The translations under genes were made by a program, and so were the position numbers. The notes below the pieces were generated by a model. It saw nothing but the letters and a program-made list of their open reading frames with translations, was not told where the DNA came from and made no database searches. A stretch of 64,000 nucleotides of DNA from Harriotta raleighana. Its lineage: Eukaryota. The stretch is from the NCBI GenBank assembly GCA_050575255.1, contig JBNZDD010013535.1:338221-402220 (forward strand). The letters are read 5' to 3'. Positions 1 through 13,274 of the stretch are shown here, piece after piece (the stretch's first letter is position 1; the number at the start of each line of letters is the position of its first letter).

Positions 1-390
1 CCTCCTCTCCCCCCCCCCCCGCAAACGTTCAATCCTCAGTTGGTCAACCTTCCCAGCCCGTTGGCCTGTGGGTTGTGTGGGGGGGGGGGGGGGGGGGGGG
101 GGGGNCTCATTGCTCACCATGTATAACAGCAAATCCTTGCATTTGATAGAGCGCCTCATCACATCGAGATGTGGGCAGGAAGCACTGAGAACAACAACAA
201 CAACCACCACCACCACCGCCACGCATGACATTAGTTTGGCGTGTTTCATGTCAGGCGGACGTCCCGAGGGGCCGATGGTGGGTGTGGGGTGGGTGGGTGG
301 GCGGGGGTGGGATGTGAAGCTGACCGGACAAAGCCGACTGAGCGGGGATTAGTGGACGGGCTGGGATGGGGGTTTAGCAGGTCACAGGTA

Positions 391-714
391 GGGGAGCAGC
401 AAAGCTGCAGCTCAGTGTGAGAGCGCACTCTCACGCGTACAAGCGAGAGACCTGGGTTGAATTCCCAGGCGGGTCACGGTGAAACCTTTGTCGAGCCTCC
501 TTACCCCACACACCTACTAATCCCCCCCCACCCACCAAAATTGGGTCATTTCAATCCACCGCTTGTTAGTGGCACGGCTGCTGCGCACAATTGGCTGCTG
601 CGTTTCGCCCACAACATATACAGTCAGTGCACTTTACAGTGTATTCTGTGAAGCACTTTGAGACGTCTAGAAGATGTGAAAAGCGCTGTATCAAATGCGA
701 GGATTATTATTATT
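391..714 (+). mobile_element. tRNA-derived SINE, older copy
   Basis: gcagctcagtg..gggttgaattccc head; same core and (att)n tail. Confidence 0.8.
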
Positions 715-1427
715 CAGTGGCGGGCCTGTTTGTCCAGGCCTTGAGTCAGGTACGTCTGCCGTCCCCCTGAGCAATGTTGATGACAGACCAGCCAGCCTGG
801 CTCGTTGACAGGAGTTTGAGGAGCAGATAGGTATTGGGGCAGGGATTTATCCCACTCAGCTCTTGTTTACCCTGGAAGCCAATGCTCCACCCAATTCAAC
901 ATTCTCCCATTCTCCCAGCCAATTCCCTCCTCGTCCGAGCTCCAAATCTTCCAAATAAAAATTGTTCATTCATTGCAACGGCCATTTGTGGGACACAGCT
1001 GCCTGTGAAAGGACTCCTGTGTTCACCTACAAATGTATGGTTACCACACACTATTATAAATCCTGCGAAGCATTTGAGATGCTGTATTAACAACATGATT
1101 TGGTACCAGTGTATAATGCAAGGCTTTTTTAAGGCCAGTGCTCGCTTGTCATTGATCCCGCCACCAGAGGACAGAATTGCTCAACGAACCTGGCCATTCC
1201 CTTCATATTAGACACCTCAATGAAATATCCTTCAATCTCTTCCTTTGTGAGCAAAACAAGCCCAGTTTCACCCAGAGTTACATTTGAGGTATGTCCCTTT
1301 AGATGCCAATCGAATGGAGGGATGCTTGTAACTTGTTATACTGGGTGAAAACGTGCTGCTTAGAAGGAGAATGCTTGTGATGTTACTGACTATACTAATA
1401 GTAACTACTGTACGAATTGTTTTACAG

Positions 1428-1523
1428 TTGAATGAGCTGGTGGTTGGTGACACAAATGGTAAACTCTATGTGTATAAGAATGACGACAGCAAGCCGTGGC
1501 TCACCCGATCATGCATTGGAATG
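1428..1523 (+). CDS. ITFG2: ITFG2 (KICSTOR subunit, FG-GAP repeat protein) coding exon 2
   Basis: ttttacag|[32 protein letters not shown]|gtgtgt; 96 bp, phase 0/0; matches recalled human [32 protein letters not shown]. Exon 1 lies upstream of the window. Confidence 0.95.
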
Positions 1524-1599
1524 GTGTGTATGAAAACTTTGGATTTACCTGCTTTTAAACTCACTGCACAGAAAAATATTTTACTTTCAGCTCACAAGT

Positions 1600-1758
1600 T
1601 ACAAATCAAAGAAACCTACCAAAACTCCTCTAGTCAGTCCTCACCCCCTTCCTGCTTTTCTACCTCAAGATCCGCTTCTGTTGGATCTAGTTTAATTGGT
1701 TCTTATTGTCTCAATGGTACCCAACATCTTCCTCTTTTTGGTTTATGCTGATTTCTTT

Positions 1759-1793
<35 letters not shown>

Positions 1794-3825
1794 CAGTCCT
1801 GTTCAATAAATCTCCATGTTGGTTTTACCACTCTTCCTGTCCTGGTGGTTCTCAATGTTTGTATCCCCCTTTGATCTTCTTACTGCTCTTCTTTTTCTTC
1901 CTCTGACCTTATTTGACATATTTGCCATATAAATGTAATCTTGATTGACTGATTGATGGCCATGATGTCCAGTATATTTTTCCTTTATTATATGTAATCC
2001 AATATGATGTTGGGTTTTTAACATTTTTCCAAATTTCTCCTTTTGTCCAAACTTTTGTGTTTAGGTTTTTATTCCTAAAACGTATTCTCCTCTTATAAAA
2101 CATTTCTCCTTTCCTGGTTCAATTTGTGGTTTCCCTCCATTTCTATTGGGTTGTACCTGCATTCTCAATTTTTTCTCTTCTGAGATTAACACATCACTTA
2201 ACCTTCTTGACGTCAGTATTTGTGTGGGTTCTCTCATTCTCTTTTGGTGTGTTTCTATAGGCCAGAATTGCCAGGTGCTTCTCTGTCTTTGAGTTGTCTG
2301 TCTTCTTCCACATTTTCCTTATAGGCTATGTTTCTCATTCTATCAGATATTGCTTTGGGAATAACCCAGTAAAGTTGTTTGGTGGTTTATTTCCTATTAC
2401 CTTGTGAGTGTCTTCCATTCCTTGCTTGAAAATTAGGGCCCATTATCACTAAATATCTCCCTTGGTATTTATTCCCTCCTGGGCATTGATTTCCTTCCTT
2501 TTTCCACGGTAGTTTTGTATGTTGTGTCATTCAACTCTATATATTCACTCAATCTCAATGTACAGTAAAACCTCGTTTATCCGTGACTCGAATAATCGGA
2601 AAACCTGTTCAACTGCCATCTCAAAAAAAAGTCCTGATCCGACTAACCTGAAGTTACCCGTCGACGCATTGAATGTCGGATTAAACTCGTTCCGGGTCCT
2701 TTTAAAAGTCGTGGTGTTTTACCTTGTTCAGATGTCTTTTTTGCCTGTCGTTGGGAAGTTAAGCACTGTGTACATAATAAATACTGCTGCAGGTAGTGGC
2801 CAGAGAGAGAGGGAGGGAGCGGGGGGGACAGAATGGAGGGGAGGAAAAGGAGAGGGATCGGGGGGAGGAATGGAGAGAAAGAGGGGCGGGAATGAGATAT
2901 GGGGAAAGGGAGAGAGAGATAGTGGAAAGCATAATGGAGTGAGAGAGAGAGAAAAGTGGCAGGCAGGTTGATGCAGAGAGAGGGGGAGGAAGAGAGAGGA
3001 AAGGGACGGAGGGGGGATGAGATTTGTGGACAGAATTTATATGATGGATTCAGACTGAATATCTTTGAGGGTCTGTGACTGTCTGTGTGTGTCTGTCTGT
3101 CTGTGTCTATGGTTGTGTGTGTGTGTGTATGTGCTGGCCGAGAGATCTAAACTCATTGCTTTTTAAAGTTGCGTTTTTTACCTCCCGTCGAATCAGTGCC
3201 GCGATTGCGAAGTTAAGTATAAATAATAATGTACTAATAGACTATTCTGTTATTATTTAGTCCATTATTAATATAGTATGTGTTAAAATATATATATTTT
3301 TTGAAAAAATTATATTTAATACGTTTTTAAAAAATAAATCAGTTCAACTGGAAAAACTATTTAATTGCCACTGGCCAGGTCCGTGGGTGCTGGATAAACA
3401 GGGTTTTACTGTATAGCTAATATTAAGTAGTTTTTATTATAATAAAACAAATGAGTTCCTATTTTGTTCCCTGCTTTACTTGGTTTCTTGTGCCATATAC
3501 AGTCATTGGTTTGTATTTTTCTCGGTTTTGATGCTTTCCACAAGTTTCACATTTTCCAATATTCCAATATTATCCTCCATCTTCTGATTTATACCTAGCC
3601 AGAACACTCATTTTTTTCCACTTTTTTTATTCCGTAGCGTCTGTCCTCCATGTATGTTTCTCAATTCTTTATTCCTTAATTCTTTTAGTATATACTCTCG
3701 CCTCCACATTAAACTTTTACCATTTTACCATTCCCTCTATGTCCTCTTGCAGTCTGCTACTATCCTCCTCACTATTTACTACTTTTCCTATCATATCTTC
3801 TCTTAAAGCTCCATAATTGCATGTT
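1600..3825 (-). mobile_element. degraded Ty3/Gypsy LTR retrotransposon (integrase region, PPT, 3' LTR start)
   Basis: Minus-strand remnants VFWLGINQKMED, KCETCGKH (3531-3554), KIGTHLFYYNKNYLIL, IPREIFSDNGP* (SDNGP at 2436-2450), LAILAYRNTP (about 2245-2275); purine tract AAAAAGAGGAAGA then TGTTGG at 1739-1721; many stops and frameshifts; left boundary approximate. Confidence 0.75.
2563..3411. mobile_element. non-autonomous Tc1/mariner (pogo/Tigger-like) element inserted in the Gypsy remnant
   Basis: TA|CAGTAAAACCTCGTTTATCC ... GGATAAACAGGGTTTTACTG|TA terminal inverted repeats with TA target duplication. Confidence 0.8.
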
Positions 3826-3826
3826 N

Positions 3827-4886
3827 CTGTGTACATAATAAATACTGCTGCAGGTAGTGGCCAGAGAGAGAGGGAGGGAGCGGGGGGGACAGAATGGAGG
3901 GGAGGAAAAGGAGAGGGATCGGGGGGAGGAATGGAGAGAAAGAGGGGCGGGAATGAGATATGGGGAAAGGGAGAGAGAGATAGTGGAAAGCATAATGGAG
4001 TGAGAGAGAGAGAAAAGTGGCAGGCAGGTTGATGCAGAGAGAGGGGGAGGAAGAGAGAGGAAAGGGACGGAGGGGGGATGAGATTTGTGGACAGAATTTA
4101 TATGATGGATTCAGACTGAATATCTTTGAGGGTCTGTGACTGTCTGTGTGTGTCTGTCTGTCTGTGTCTATGGTTGTGTGTGTGTGTGTATGTGCTGGCC
4201 GAGAGATCTAAACTCATTGCTTTTTAAAGTTGCGTTTTTTACCTCCCGTCGAATCAGTGCCGCGATTGCGAAGTTAAGTATAAATAATAATGTACTAATA
4301 GACTATTCTGTTATTATTTAGTCCATTATTAATATAGTATGTGTTAAAATATATATATTTTTTGAAAAAATTATATTTAATACGTTTTTAAAAAATAAAT
4401 CAGTTCAACTGGAAAAACTATTTAATTGCCACTGGCCAGGTCCGTGGGTGCTGGATAAACAGGGTTTTACTGTATAGCTAATATTAAGTAGTTTTTATTA
4501 TAATAAAACAAATGAGTTCCTATTTTGTTCCCTGCTTTACTTGGTTTCTTGTGCCATATACAGTCATTGGTTTGTATTTTTCTCGGTTTTGATGCTTTCC
4601 ACAAGTTTCACATTTTCCAATATTCCAATATTATCCTCCATCTTCTGATTTATACCTAGCCAGAACACTCATTTTTTTCCACTTTTTTTATTCCGTAGCG
4701 TCTGTCCTCCATGTATGTTTCTCAATTCTTTATTCCTTAATTCTTTTAGTATATACTCTCGCCTCCACATTAAACTTTTACCATTTTACCATTCCCTCTA
4801 TGTCCTCTTGCAGTCTGCTACTATCCTCCTCACTATTTACTACTTTTCCTATCATATCTTCTCTTAAAGCTCCATAATTGCATGTT
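3827..4886. other. 1060-bp copy of 2766-3825 after a single n (probable assembly artefact)
   Basis: Apparently identical sequence at offset 1061, separated by n at 3826. Confidence 0.85.
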
Positions 4887-5372
4887 TTACTTAGTGATCA
4901 CAATACCGCAGAGTGTTGATGAAATGATTCTGTAGGCCCAGCTTCCTTATTTGTATCTTATCTACTGTGACATTGTTATACCGACAGCATCTTTCCCACA
5001 TGACCGCTCTCATTCATCACTCCCCTCAGCTTTTCTGCTTTCCCCCACAGTTTCCCGCCACACATTTGCACCCTGCCTCCCCGGGCGGCATGAACCCTAA
5101 GTTGTTCCCTTTTTCCAAAAGCGTTTTCGTCTATAATGAAAAATAAAATATTCTGACACTTGGAATTTGGCCAGCAGATAACTTTATAGTTGAGAGCGAA
5201 TTGGAGGTGGGTTGGGTGTATAAACTATCGGACAGTTGCTGGATCCAGAATCCCATCTGTCCAGCGCCTTGGGGCGTCCTCCCAACGTGAAAGGCGCTAT
5301 ACAATGTAATTTTGTTATTGCTGCTGAATGGGCGCTTAACAGTGTGATCAAGTCTTTTATCTTTATTTGCAG

Positions 5373-5414
5373 GTGACGTGTGTGGGTGTAGGAGACATCT
5401 GTAACAAGGGGAAG
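5373..5414 (+). CDS. ITFG2: ITFG2 coding exon 3
   Basis: tttgcag|VTCVGVGDICNKGK|gtatga; 42 bp. Confidence 0.93.
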
Positions 5415-6084
5415 GTATGAGATCAGCAAGGAGCTGGTGCATTAATTGTGCATATATTCACCCTATAGTATACTATCTGTACACCCATCACACCAGTTCT
5501 AGCCAGGCTCCACTGACTCCCTATTCCCGAACGGATAGATTTCAAATACCTTCATGCCCTGGCTTCCCCCCAGCTCTCCCATCTGTTTACCCTCCAAACT
5601 TGTTGCCTCCACTTGACTGGCTCTGGTATCCTGCATGTTGCTCGTGTCCTCCAATGGTGGCCGCACTTTAATACTAAGAACGTTTGCATTTCATGTAGCA
5701 CTTTTTGCTCACATGGTGGAGCTTGGTGACATTTGTGGGTTCAATACCCAAGGCCAAGCTGACCCTCCAGCACAGCCCTGGAGGAAAGCTGCATTGTCTA
5801 TTGCTGCCTTTCAGATGAGAAGTTGAACTAAGATCCTGCATTCAAGTTGTTGTTTATAAGATGCCATTACACTATTTGAAAACAGAAGAATATTTCCTCT
5901 GATGTCCCAGCCACCAATTCTCCAGACAATTTTCAGCATTCAAACCCTGGGTGTTTTTGTGATAACTTGCAGGCATAATTGCTTATCAAAAAAGACACAA
6001 CAATTGACAGTAACAGATGAGAAGCATATGGAAATTTGTATTAAGGTCTCTAATGAATACATGTTCCCTTTCTCTTCTGAGCAG

Positions 6085-6259
6085 AACTTTGTGGTAGCAG
6101 TGGGCGCTGAGGGATGGTTCCATATCTTTGATCTCAGTGGTGCTGCCTCCACCTCTGAGTTGTCCAGTCACCATGACATTCTGTTTGGGGAGGATCAGAG
6201 AGTCTCCTTCACACAGCACATCCCAGCCAATACCAAGGTCATGCTCATCAGTGACATCG
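6085..6259 (+). CDS. ITFG2: ITFG2 coding exon 4
   Basis: gagcag|[17 protein letters not shown]...[15 protein letters not shown](D)|gtcagt; 175 bp. Confidence 0.95.
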
Positions 6260-6456
6260 GTCAGTACCCAAGGAGGACTTGTCAGGGTCAACTCAGTCCT
6301 GTGGGATTGGGTGGGGAATGGATGGCGTGAGGTGGGAAGGAGAGAAGCAAGTTGAGAATAGGGGTTCGGGGTGGGGAAGCAAAATGGGGAATGGGAGTGA
6401 GTTTGAGATGGGAAAGCTGAGATGAAAGACTAAACAGTGTCTGTGGCCTCCTGCAG

Positions 6457-6599
6457 ATGGAGATGGAAAGTGTGAGATGGTGGTGGGATACACTGATCGT
6501 GTCGTCAGAGCATTTCGCTGGGAAGACTCCTCCAGTGATGGATCTGACCACATTTCTGGACAGCTGGTACTGCTGAAAAAGTGGCTTCTGGAAGGACAG
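6457..6599 (+). CDS. ITFG2: ITFG2 coding exon 5
   Basis: ctgcag|(D)[47 protein letters not shown]|gtacaa; 143 bp; FG-GAP-like DGDG motif. Confidence 0.95.
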
Positions 6600-7051
6600 G
6601 TACAAACTAAGTGACTACAATAGGTTGTGAATTTCACACCACTTTAGATTTTTAGATTTACAAGATTAATCACATTAGTTGGTTATCACAACTATTCATG
6701 GGGAGTAGTTGATCCTTAGATTGAGGAATAGGCCAGAATCTAGTCCAGGAGTTTGAGTATTTTTTACATGAAATAAGTGAAGCCATCTCTTGCCAGTCCT
6801 CCACCTTTTTCTCCTGCCGCAGTGGATGAGCCAAGGCCGGGGAGGAGGGATGATCATGGAGCAGGCGGGAGCAGTGGAGGGAGCAGACAGATTGATAGGG
6901 TTTTAGGAAGTTGAGGAGGTAGGATGGGGCAAGACCATGGGGAGGTGTTTGAAGGTGAAGGGGAGACCTGGCTAAGTTAGAGAGTTTGACAAATGGAGAA
7001 TGGCTGGGACAGTGCATCAAATTTCTGCAGATGTTCCTTGCATTGTGACAG

Positions 7052-7200
7052 GTTGACAGCCTTTCAGTAAACCCAGGACCTGATGGAACTCCAGAACTGA
7101 TGGTCTCACAGCCAGGCTGTGGATATGCTGTTCTTCTCTGCACTTGGAGATTAGAGCAGGATTGGACATCAAAAAGAGACCAATCTGCTGTCTCTGGCAG
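7052..7200 (+). CDS. ITFG2: ITFG2 coding exon 6
   Basis: gacag|[49 protein letters not shown](S)|gtaaat; 149 bp. Confidence 0.93.
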
Positions 7201-7227
7201 GTAAATATGCACATTATGTTTGGGCGC

Positions 7228-7260
<33 letters not shown>

Positions 7261-7857
7261 TGTGTATGTGGGGTTGTGGTGGGTNATGGCAATTAATTTT
7301 ATTGCATTCAGTTACCTATAACGTTGAAAACATCTCAACCACTCTTCAGGGAAACACTTGTCAAGTGTAGCGCTTGTTTTGTGTAGGAAAATTTGACATT
7401 CAGTTTTCACACAGCTCTGAGGTGAATGCCAAATTAGTCAAGGGAAATTTCTGTGCTGGAGAAACCAGAATTTCAGATCGTGTCAGGGAATCTTTGACAT
7501 TGACCTAAGGGAACGCACTGACTCAGCGTCCACAGTATGGATTGTTGCTGCTGTGTACGCACTGACAGTTAGGGCCTATCAGTTGGAGTGTTGGTGTAAT
7601 AATAATAACAATAATAATAATAATACTTAGATTTATAATAGCGCTTTCCACATCTTATCGACGTCCCAATATAAAGTGTATATAAATATAAACGTATAAA
7701 CTGGCTCACTGCACGCAGTGTGCAGTGCTTGTGTTGTGCCTGCATTCTTACTCAGTCGCCACAGTGTGGAGTGTTAGTTCACCCACGAAATACCCACACA
7801 ATTCATTTTACAGCAGTGGTTTCCAAACTGTGAGGCGCGCCTCACTTGGGGGGCGAG

Positions 7858-8208
7858 TAATAATAATAATAATACTACTAATAATAATCCTTGCATTTGA
7901 TATAGCGCTTTTCACATCTTATCGTCGTCCCAAAGCGCTTCACAGAATATACTGTAAAGTGAATTGACTGTATATTTGTGGGCGGAACGCGGCAGCCAAT
8001 TGCGCACAGCAGCGTCCCCCACACAAACAGTCAGGGATTGAAATGACCAATTTTATTATTGTGGTTTTTTGGGAGGGATTATTATTAGGCATGTGGAGTA
8101 AGGAAACTTGCCCAAGGTTTCGCCCTGATCTGCCTGGATTCGAACACAGGTCTCATGCTTGTAAGGCTTGTAAGGCGAGTGCTCTAACCACTGAGCCACA
8201 GGAGCTCC
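7858..8208 (-). mobile_element. full-length tRNA-derived SINE (same subfamily as 54282)
   Basis: Reverse complement highly similar to 54282-54629, including the duplicated GCCTTACAA in the head. Confidence 0.9.
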
Positions 8209-8695
8209 ACCGTTGGCTGGGGTGGCGGGGCTGTTATTGTTCTTATTACAGTAAACCCCCCTTACGTTGCGCCTTTCTCCAGCATTGCCTGATTGTTTTC
8301 TTGCATAGAAGCAAGGCTAGTTGTTTAAGGAGAAAGCTTTTTGGAGCGTTTAGCCTAAACTACATACTCCACCACTGGAGCTACATACTCAAATTCTACA
8401 GTTCTTCTTTCACCATTTAGCTTAAACGTGGTTTGTACTGTCACTGGAACTAAGAGCAATTCTCTGCTCTTTCTTGTACCTTTTTTTAATATTGTTTGCT
8501 TACAGCAATGCTGTAAGATGGATTCCACGTATAAGGTGTTTAGCCCACTTTGTAATGTTTTCTTTTGGTGTGGAACTTCGGGTGAGCTTCGTTTTGGCAT
8601 GTTGAGTTTTCTGCAGATTAGCAGAAAGTTGGCAAATCCGTGTTTTTGTATGAATTGTTTGGGTCCGAACCTTGATTGTCTCATTCTGTCCGCAG

Positions 8696-8790
8696 CGAAG
8701 CCCTGGTCCGGGATGTTATTCTGCACCAAACATCGGGACGCATTCATAACAAGAATGTCTCCACCCATTTGATTGGCAGCATCAGCAGAG
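8696..8790 (+). CDS. ITFG2: ITFG2 coding exon 7
   Basis: ccgcag|(S)[31 protein letters not shown](G)|gtgagt; 95 bp. Confidence 0.95.
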
Positions 8791-8849
8791 GTGAGTGCTC
8801 GAGCCCTCATTATCCTGAGTGATATAATAATCATAATCCTTACCGTCTA

Positions 8850-9660
8850 CAATACCTCTCAGCAAATGTCTTTCTTCCCACCCCGGCCTGGTCACCGCAA
8901 GGCTGTATCCTTGGCCCTCTTCTTTTCCTCATCTACATATTGCCTCTCAGCAATGTCATCCACAGACATGCAATCAGTTTCCACATCTATATGAATGCCA
9001 CACAAATCAGCTGCGACTCCCAGTCTGCTGATGTCTTATTATCTTGTTTGACAAAACATCAAGGCCTAGATGAGCACAAACCTATCCCTCCANCAGACAT
9101 GCAATCAGTTTCCACATCTATATGAATGCCACACAAATCAGCTGCGACTCCCAGTCTAGCAGCTAATAATGTCTTATTAGCTTGTTTGACAAAACATCAA
9201 GGCCTAGATGAGCACAAACCTATCCCTCCATCTCCACCAAACTCAAAATTCAATTAATCCAATACCCCATTGCCCGAATACTCAGCCACACAAACCTCTG
9301 TAACCCCATCAGACCAGTCCTTGCGAGGCACCACTGGCTCCCAATTATCAAACAGACCGATTTCAAGATCTTCTCACTCATTTTGAAATCCATTGATTAC
9401 CTTGCACATCCCTACCTATCCAACCTAGTTACCCCACGTTCCACCACCCGCCTTCAGCAACAACGCACAAGAACTCTGGAACCCCCTCCCTCAATCCTTC
9501 CTGCTTGTTCCCTCCTTCCTAACCTTAAAATCTTCTTAAAGATCTTCCTTTTTGATTGTGCTTCCAGTCACCTAGCTCTTCCCTCTCTCCCTGGCTCGTT
9601 GCCAAACTGCCAATCATTCCGGGTTGCTGTGAAGGCAGCTATATAAATGCAAGTTATTAA
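8850..9660 (+). mobile_element. degraded L2 fragment
   Basis: ccgcaaggctgtatccttggccctct (PQG.ILGP), HWLPI..DFKIF remnants, tail gctatataaatgcaagtt. Confidence 0.65.
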
Positions 9661-12038
9661 ATGTTGTTAAATGAACACAATCCTTCCACCAAATTTAAAA
9701 ATGCTGATCTGAAACAGCTCATTGAACAGCAAGAGTTTACAGAGTGCCTTTAATGTGGATTGGTGTCTCAGAACGTGCTTTTCTCTAAATGAACTGCTTA
9801 ATGTCTTCTAATTTTGCTGCTCATTTCCCATAATCTCTGATATTCCTGATTTTCAAGCATCATAGACTCCAGTTGTTTTTTTAATGATAATTCTTGCATT
9901 TTACACAGCCCCCTTCCACATCAAGAGCATGGTTTACATCTCACTCTTTGTAAGGTGGCGTGACGGTGTATTTTGGAGGTGAATGAAGCAAGTAATTTGT
10001 GAGCATGACGTGAATGACCACTTTTATCTACGGCTTGTTGCCCAGGTCACTGAGAGAAACGTCCCTATTTTTCCAAATGGTGCCTTCTAACTCAGAAGCA
10101 AGAGAGTGACCAACTGAGCCAGGTTTTACACTTGACTATCTGGAAAGGAAAGGAAGATCATTGCAAACAGAAACATGGGAGTGAAGGTGGTTGCAACTGT
10201 AAACGTCACCTTTGTCCTGACTGTTTCTACAGAGAAATATTGACTTTGGAGGTGGGAGAGATTCATTGGTTACAATCTTCCAGAAACCTCCGGATTCTTG
10301 GATTCCAGCTGACTCAAAGGTGGCGAATCTCTACCTTTATTCAAGAACCATAGGCATTATCTATAGGCAATTATTATACAGGCATTATTACAGGCAATTA
10401 TCGCTCCACCTTCGGCAGGCGAGCCGTCAGCCCCTCTGCCCCCTCCCTAGCCTCCTTCAAGTCCCGCCTCACAACCCTCCTCTCCCCTCCACCCTCCCCA
10501 ATCCTGACCCCTCCTCGGGTCCGAAACAATAATTGCAGTACCTTGGGACGTCCTCCAAGACGTGAAAGGCGCTACACAAACTTCTTGTTGTTATGCCTTT
10601 TCATACCTATTGGTGTCTCTGCTGCGAACTAGAAACCACTTTAATTATTGTTAACGTAATGATGGTCACATAAGTCTGATCACAACTCTGCAAGTTGCTG
10701 ATCTAAAGTATGACCCACTGGAAATTGGAAAGGAAGCAATATAGTTTAGATGGAGAAGGTTTATTTACTTAATCGAATGATGTCTTGAGCACAAAAAATA
10801 AATGTTCTAATTTCCTGTCTCTTTCTGTTCTGCTGATTATCTCATTATCAGTGTGCCTGGTTTTTAATTTCATCTGTCTGTTTTTTGAGGTACAAACCTT
10901 TGAAATGACTCTTATGATGATAAATAACATTTACATGATCTGATTTAGGAAATTGGAATAATTTTAAGGCCACAGATTGCAGCGAAAGTGTTCTATGTAT
11001 CCAGCTTGATGTTACTTTGGCTGGATCGTCTTGCCCAGTTCCCTCAGCAAATTACAGGCTTCACTGTTGGATTGAATGCAAACATGCAACAGATCACCTC
11101 ACAGTGCAGCTTGACTGTGATGTGAGACGAACAATGTCAATAACAGCAACAATTTATATTTATGTAATTCCTGATACGTCAGGGTTCGGAGCACTTTGTA
11201 CAGCTTGACTGTGTGTGTGTACAACAACTGAAAGAACGGTTTAAAAGATAAAGTGGGGTGCTGTGAAGCAGTCTGTTGCTAGCTACTTGTGGGGTGCACT
11301 GTGGGGTGCAGGGGGTCACAGTAAAGGCTGTGGAGAAATTTGAACATAAAGACGAGGATGTTGAATTTGATCCAATGTGTGATGGGGAGACAGGGCAACC
11401 AGGCAGGGATGGTTGACCAGTTTTGCGGAGCTAGGTGTAGAGGATGCAAACTGCTGAGTACTAGATGGCAGCTTGTAGTTTGCACAAGGATGATGAAGTC
11501 CAAGATAGGTCTTGGAATTAATGCCCTTGTATGAGATAAAAGTGTGATTGAGCCCTGGAAGGTCCAAAATGCAATCCCCCTCCTATGCTGANGTATGAGA
11601 TAAAGGTGTGATTGAGCCCTGGAAGGTCCAAAATGCAATCCCTCTCCTATGCTGAACTCACTGATCTCATCTGAAGTAGCAGTCTGCCTATCCCTCTTTC
11701 TCTAATCTATTTCTATCTCCTCTGACTTCCCTNATATGAGATAAAAGTGTGATTGAGCCCTGGAAGGTCCAAAATGCAATCCCCCTCCTATGCTGAACTC
11801 ACTGATCTCATCTGAAGTAGCAATCTGCCTATCCCTCTTTCTCTAATCTATTTCTATCTCCTCTGACTTCCCCCACCCTGCCTCCTTCAAGGCCTGTCTT
11901 AAGACCCTAGTATTCAGACGCGTCTTGTGTCACCCTCCTACACTCCCTTCTCTCCAACCCTCCTAACCTGCCATATTCTGATCCAGAATTGAGCAGTGAG
12001 TCTGAATGAACTCTGAACATTTCCTTTGTTCTCCACAG

Positions 12039-12092
12039 GTCCCAGTGAGGATGAGTCAAAATCTGGATTGTTTGCTCTTTGCACTTTGGATG
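12039..12092 (+). CDS. ITFG2: ITFG2 coding exon 8
   Basis: ctccacag|(G)PSEDESKSGLFALCTLD(G)|gtaaga; 54 bp. Confidence 0.93.
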
Positions 12093-13274
12093 GTAAGAAG
12101 TAACCATGATACTATGTACAGAGCTAAGGCACTGCGGGAATATCACCTGTCAGTGGGGCTTCAGATGTAAAATGTCAATTTTTTTATATGCTTGTTCACT
12201 CAACAATGCAGAACAGTATAATTATACTCAATAATACAGTGCGTCTGAAGAAAGCAGTCCGTTGGAGTGCAATACAGCATGCACAACAATGTGATCCTTG
12301 CAGACTGATGATTTCTGCTCCCATGAAATTTCAGGGAAATTCGCCAAATTTTGATCCGATCCGTTATCCCTTATCCCTATCCCTCTGCTCAAAATGCCTG
12401 CTCATAATGGGCGATTATCACCTTCGTCAAAATTCCTTCTGCCCCATCTCCTCTGAAGTCTCCGCCCTCCTCTTCACCCTAAACCTCACCTCCACGTAAA
12501 CTGTTTGACTCACAACCATGACCACTGCCTCATCCTTGTCATCACCCTTGAACTAGATATCAGTGAAGTTTGAGATTTTGTTTTGACGGTGGTCGCTTTC
12601 CAGTTGTGAGAGAGGAAGGGTTAGGATGAAACCATGTAGTTGCCAAATTGGCTGAATGTGCCTGTGTGCATGCCTAGTTTTAGAGGGCAGAGGGAAGAGT
12701 AGGATGGCTGTGGTGTAAAGCCTTTCAAAGGAAACTGCTTAATTGACTGCCATATCAGGGAAAATTGCATTTGTGACTCCATTGGAGAAAGTACATCAGA
12801 TAACAGAGATTCTCTTGGGTGCTATTANCGCCTAGTTTTAGAGGGCAGAGGGAAGAGTTGGATGACTGTGGTGTAAAGCCTTTCAAAGGAAACTGCTTAA
12901 TTGACTGCCATTTCAGGGGAAATTGCATTTGTGATTCCATTGGAGAAAGTACATCAGATAACAGAGATTCTCTTGGGTGCTATTAAGGATGACAGATTGT
13001 ACTTATAATAAAAGGCATACAAGAGTTATTTTACTGGAGCAGAGATGGCTCAGACGGGCCTCAAAACAACTTTTGAAAATATGGAATTATTTGAGAGTCT
13101 GAATAATGACATTATTCTGGAGAATCAGGAGTAAGGAAACATTAACTCAAGATTATTACTTGAACAATAAAAAAGTTGCTCGTGATCCATGAATCTGAAG
13201 TTGAGAAGATAAAATGTGTGGTTCGTTTTACAAGGTATTTTTCTTAGCATGGATCAAGAAGCTCAGTCTCCAGG

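Noticed and set aside
2766-4886. 1-kb tandem duplication as a real segmental duplication
   Set aside because: The copies look identical and are joined by a single n, typical of a contig-overlap artefact.
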